From: Candidatus Binatia bacterium
Lineage (GTDB): Bacteria; Desulfobacterota; Binatia; Bin18
NCBI GenBank assembly: GCA_963666315.2
Contig: CAXXHG010000008.1
Coordinates: forward strand, 32,001-96,000
DNA: 64,000 nucleotides
Reading direction: 5' to 3'
The translations under genes and the position numbers were made by a program. This document shows, piece by piece, positions 60,536-64,000 of this stretch. The first letter of the stretch is position 1; each line of letters starts with the position of its first letter. A model generated the notes under the pieces. That model made no database searches, was not told where the DNA came from, and worked only from the letters and a program-made list of their open reading frames with translations.

Positions 60536-61942
60536 ATGAGGCGTATTATCTCGATTTTAGGGGTCATTTCCCTGTGGATGAGTGTGCAACCCAGCCTTGC
60601 TGCGCAAGAGTCCGGACAAAAAACTTGGAAAACCGTACAGGAGCTGTCCGAAGCCGAGCTGGCTGAGGTCGCACTAGAGTCAGACACCCAACGTCATGCT
60701 CAGATACCCTATCTTCCTGCAGAACCATACCCATTTGTGTCTCCCTACACAGCAGAAGAGATGGGCTACCGTGCCATGGAATTCACTCCGCGTACACGAT
60801 GGTCATCGGTGGTCGCAAATTCCTGGGCATCGATTGCCGCTCAAGGTGTATTACTCAATCCTGGTAGCTCGATTACATTTGTAAAATATGATCCGACAAC
60901 CATGGGCGTCGGAAAAGTCTTAGCTCTAGCGCCTGGCGAAGAGATCTACCGTTCTCTTAGTCAGGCCACTGCCCCGCCTGCTGCAGAGGGCGGACAGTGG
61001 TTGGCGATTCGCTACCGAACGGACAAGGAATCTATTACAAAAGAGGAGAGGTTCCGCTACTCGCCTTCTATCCGCCGGGTTCGTCATCAGGCACCACCCC
61101 GACGCCAAAGTAATTTCCCAAACATGGCCTTGACCCCTGACGATGCGATCGGGCGGGATGCCTGGGAATTTTCGTGGCGGCTCATTGGTACGGACGTACT
61201 CTACCAAACGGTTCGCTTTCCCAATACACGCCCGACCATCATTCTTCGCGATGGGGAATCCCGCCAGTTCCGTGAGGTTCAGACCGCGAGTATCAAACTG
61301 ATGGGCGACTCCTATTCTCGTTACACGGCGGACGGTGGCGTCGAGTGCTATGTGGTGGAGGCAGTGACGCGCAAGGAGTGGCTGCCCGACTACTATATGC
61401 CGCGTATCTTATACTGGCTGGAGAAATCTTCGTTTTTCCCCCTGCGCGGGGAGCAGTACGGCTCTGATGGGAATCTTGATCACATTGAGGTCCGTCTCGC
61501 CCAACTATTCAATCCCGGCCTGAGCGAACGCGGCTACGGTACTTTTATTATCTCCCACTGGGATATGCGGACCGATATTATGTCCTATCTGGTCAACGAT
61601 AGTCACAAGGTGATGGACTGGAAACCCGAAGAAGCATCAGTTTTCTTCAGTCCGGACTTCATGCGTCGTCAGTGGTATCTCGATACCTCTATCAAGACCC
61701 AGGCCATGGTGTCCTATCCGGAGGAATATTTTATGCGCCCGGCTGTTCAAGCCGAGAAATTCCCGGGTGAGCGTCCGATCCAACTTCCAGCTGAACTTGC
61801 CGCACTGATTAAAGCCCAAAATGCAGCCGGGCATCTCGTCTTTGAGGGCAAGGAAGCTCTGTCGAAGGACCAAGTACCCTCGGAGTCTGCAGCTGAGCTG
61901 GGAGATCGATCCGTCACGGCCTTGGCCCGCGAGATCCGTTAG
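60536..61942 (+). CDS. Exported DUF1329/LolA-like protein
   Basis: GGAGG RBS, signal peptide, YSPSIRRVR, WRLIG, CYVVEA, ILYWLEK, QYGSDGNL. Confidence 0.62.
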   Translation: MRRIISILGVISLWMSVQPSLAAQESGQKTWKTVQELSEAELAEVALESDTQRHAQIPYLPAEPYPFVSPYTAEEMGYRAMEFTPRTRWSSVVANSWASIAAQGVLLNPGSSITFVKYDPTTMGVGKVLALAPGEEIYRSLSQATAPPAAEGGQWLAIRYRTDKESITKEERFRYSPSIRRVRHQAPPRRQSNFPNMALTPDDAIGRDAWEFSWRLIGTDVLYQTVRFPNTRPTIILRDGESRQFREVQTASIKLMGDSYSRYTADGGVECYVVEAVTRKEWLPDYYMPRILYWLEKSSFFPLRGEQYGSDGNLDHIEVRLAQLFNPGLSERGYGTFIISHWDMRTDIMSYLVNDSHKVMDWKPEEASVFFSPDFMRRQWYLDTSIKTQAMVSYPEEYFMRPAVQAEKFPGERPIQLPAELAALIKAQNAAGHLVFEGKEALSKDQVPSESAAELGDRSVTALAREIR

Positions 61943-62035
61943 ACCCGCGAGATCCACTAGATCTGCTAGACCCGTTGCATCTTCTTGCTTCGTGTTTCCT
62001 TGCCCTGACCGCCGGCATGGGATAGGCAACGGCCT

Positions 62036-62626
62036 ATGCGCGTTCGCTACGGCATGGTGCATGGGCGATTCCAACCATTTCACCGTGGTCATCTACACTA
62101 CACGCTCGCCGCGTTTAAGCGCAGCGAGCATCTCATCGTGGGCATCACGAACCCCGATCCGTCAGTGATCTGTGAAGAGGGCGCCGATGCCGACCGACAT
62201 CGGCCCGAGGCAAATCCGTTCACCTTTTTTGAACGGCAATGGATGATACACGCGGCTTTAGCCGAGGCTAGTCTTGATCTGAAGCGCGTGTCTATCGTGC
62301 CTTTTCCCATTCATCATCCAGACCGTTGGATTCATTACTGTCCAAAAGAGACTCTCCAGTTTATCCGTGTGTTTTCCGAATGGGAGAACGAAAAAGTTTC
62401 TCGCTTCCAGCAGGCTGGATGGCCGGTTGAAATCCTCGACGCGGGAGCAACAAAAGGGGCCAGTGGGAGCCGGGTCCGTCGTTGTTTAGCGCAAGGATCA
62501 GGCTGGGAGGACCTGGTCCCACCCGGAGTCGCGAGCGTCCTGTTGGAAATTGGCGCATCAGCTCGACTCAAACGGCTCACACAGCTCGCAACAGACTCAG
62601 CACGAAAAGCGCAACGTTCTGGATGA
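62036..62626 (+). CDS. NadM/NMN adenylyltransferase-like cytidylyltransferase-family protein
   Basis: GRFQPFHRGH, VGITNPD, NPFTFFER, SGSRVR, WEDLVP. Confidence 0.85.
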   Translation: MRVRYGMVHGRFQPFHRGHLHYTLAAFKRSEHLIVGITNPDPSVICEEGADADRHRPEANPFTFFERQWMIHAALAEASLDLKRVSIVPFPIHHPDRWIHYCPKETLQFIRVFSEWENEKVSRFQQAGWPVEILDAGATKGASGSRVRRCLAQGSGWEDLVPPGVASVLLEIGASARLKRLTQLATDSARKAQRSG

Positions 62627-63981
62627 ACATCCTCTTCATAATTCTTGACGGTCTGGCTGATCGCCCGCAGCGCGCCTTAGGTGGAAAAACGCCACTGGAA
62701 GCCGCACGCGCGCCACATCTCGACCAGCTTGCCGCACTCGGCACCACGGGCTTGTTGACTCCGCTGGCACCTGGGGTACCGCTGGAGAGTGAGACCTCGC
62801 ATTTCATCCTTTTTGGTTACCCCTTGGAGCAATTCCCCGGACGGGCTGCTTTCGAAGCCATAGGTCGGGGTTTTGAGGTCCCTCCTCAGTCCGTCGTTTT
62901 GTTGGCGAGTTTTGCCCAAACAACGCGCATCGACGGGAAAATCCGCAGAGACGCTTTATTATGGGAAAAACGACAGGATGGAGATGAACAGGCATGTATT
63001 GTCCTGAGTGCCGACCTGGCTGCGTTTGAAACACAAGGGATTACGTTTTCCCTCACCGCATGCGGACGGTGCGAAGCGATTCTGACCCTGTCCGGCTATC
63101 CCAGCCGGGATATTACGGATGTTGATCCTTTTTATAACGATGCCTACGTTGCCCGCGCACAACCGTGGGCCGAATCGCCTCATCCACATAATGCACAACG
63201 CACCGCAATTGCGCTGAATGCCTATCTGGCGTGGGTGTACCAGCGTCTGCAAGCGCACCCGCTTAATCGAGACCGGCAAGCGTGTGGCCAGGCTCCCATA
63301 AATTTTTTGCTCACCAAGTGGGCGGCGGTGCGACCGGACGTAACACCGTTTCAGGAGCAAAACGGCCTGCGTGCGGCGAGTGTTGAAAACTATCCGCTCT
63401 ACGTGGGGATTGCCCGCGTGTGTGGCATGACTTCTGTCTCAACAGGTCACAATCCGGACGTGGCTGAAGATTTTCAGAACAAGTTGAAGACGGCGGACAA
63501 GCTGTTTGAGCAGGGCTACGAATTTGTGCATGTACATGCCAAAGGGCCAGATGTGGCCGCGCATAAAAAAGACCCTATTGGCAAAATGAAAGCCATCCAG
63601 ACGCTCGATTCAGTGCTCGGTCGGGTTGTTGAGCACGTCAAAAATAAATCCGACCTGCTCGTTGTTGTAACCGGTGATCATGCCACCCCGAGTAGCGGGA
63701 GGCTCATCCATTCGGGCGAAGCCCTTCCCATCCTGATTGTCGGAGGACCAAATGTCTTGTCTGATGATGTTTCCACGTTTCACGAACGCGCAGTCATGCA
63801 AGGCGGACTAGGACACATTCGCGGGACGGATGTTATGCCGCTGCTGCTCAATCTGACCGATCGGGTGCGTTTATACGGCGTGCGGCATCAGAAAGAGGCC
63901 CGACCATATTGGCAATGGCAGCCCGAGCCGTTCGTGGTTGAAGAGTCCCAATGCCAAGACGGCCAAGACGGTATTGTTTGA
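62623..63981 (+). CDS. apgM: ApgM-family (archaeal-type cofactor-independent phosphoglycerate mutase) metalloenzyme
   Basis: ILDGLAD, GKTPLEAA..P.LD, ESETSH..LFGY, HAKGPDVAAH, TGDHATP, HS; ATGA overlap with the upstream gene. Confidence 0.85.
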   Translation: MNILFIILDGLADRPQRALGGKTPLEAARAPHLDQLAALGTTGLLTPLAPGVPLESETSHFILFGYPLEQFPGRAAFEAIGRGFEVPPQSVVLLASFAQTTRIDGKIRRDALLWEKRQDGDEQACIVLSADLAAFETQGITFSLTACGRCEAILTLSGYPSRDITDVDPFYNDAYVARAQPWAESPHPHNAQRTAIALNAYLAWVYQRLQAHPLNRDRQACGQAPINFLLTKWAAVRPDVTPFQEQNGLRAASVENYPLYVGIARVCGMTSVSTGHNPDVAEDFQNKLKTADKLFEQGYEFVHVHAKGPDVAAHKKDPIGKMKAIQTLDSVLGRVVEHVKNKSDLLVVVTGDHATPSSGRLIHSGEALPILIVGGPNVLSDDVSTFHERAVMQGGLGHIRGTDVMPLLLNLTDRVRLYGVRHQKEARPYWQWQPEPFVVEESQCQDGQDGIV

Positions 63982-64000
63982 GGTTTTCATTACGCCTCTT

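Overview
Bacterial chromosomal window of moderately high GC. The gene content (smc-ftsY-zapB-zapA-rny-tyrS-era, DUF35/thiolase-like pair, LLM oxidoreductase, DUF1329-like protein) suggests a deltaproteobacterial, Binatia-like organism; this is inference. Most of the window is housekeeping: smc, ftsY, rny, tyrS, era, dacB, metF, sufT, guaB/guaA, dnaE, hflX, rnhB, E2-lpdA-lipB-lipA, an M16 peptidase pair, an OmpA-family gene, pgk, lon and apgM. Three things stand out. (1) A compact cluster at 36.6-39.6 kb encodes a ferritin-like diiron protein translationally coupled to a class I HMG-CoA-reductase-fold enzyme, followed by a DAG/sphingosine-kinase-family lipid kinase. The reductase keeps its catalytic residues but appears to have a remodelled HMG pocket, and no other mevalonate genes are in the window, so this is a candidate undescribed lipid or alcohol pathway. 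(2) An ArsC/Spx-like selenoprotein missed by the ORF track (in-frame UGA in a UxxC motif, with a SECIS-like hairpin) lies directly downstream of a stand-alone LeuA/CimA allosteric domain. (3) Two mosaics of gene fragments (20.2-23.4 kb and 46.3-47.7 kb) are studded with different GTAG-type REP palindromes and include a toxin-antitoxin cassette bracketed by inverted REPs. No rRNA, tRNA or CRISPR array was seen. All family calls come from motif recognition by eye, not from database searches.
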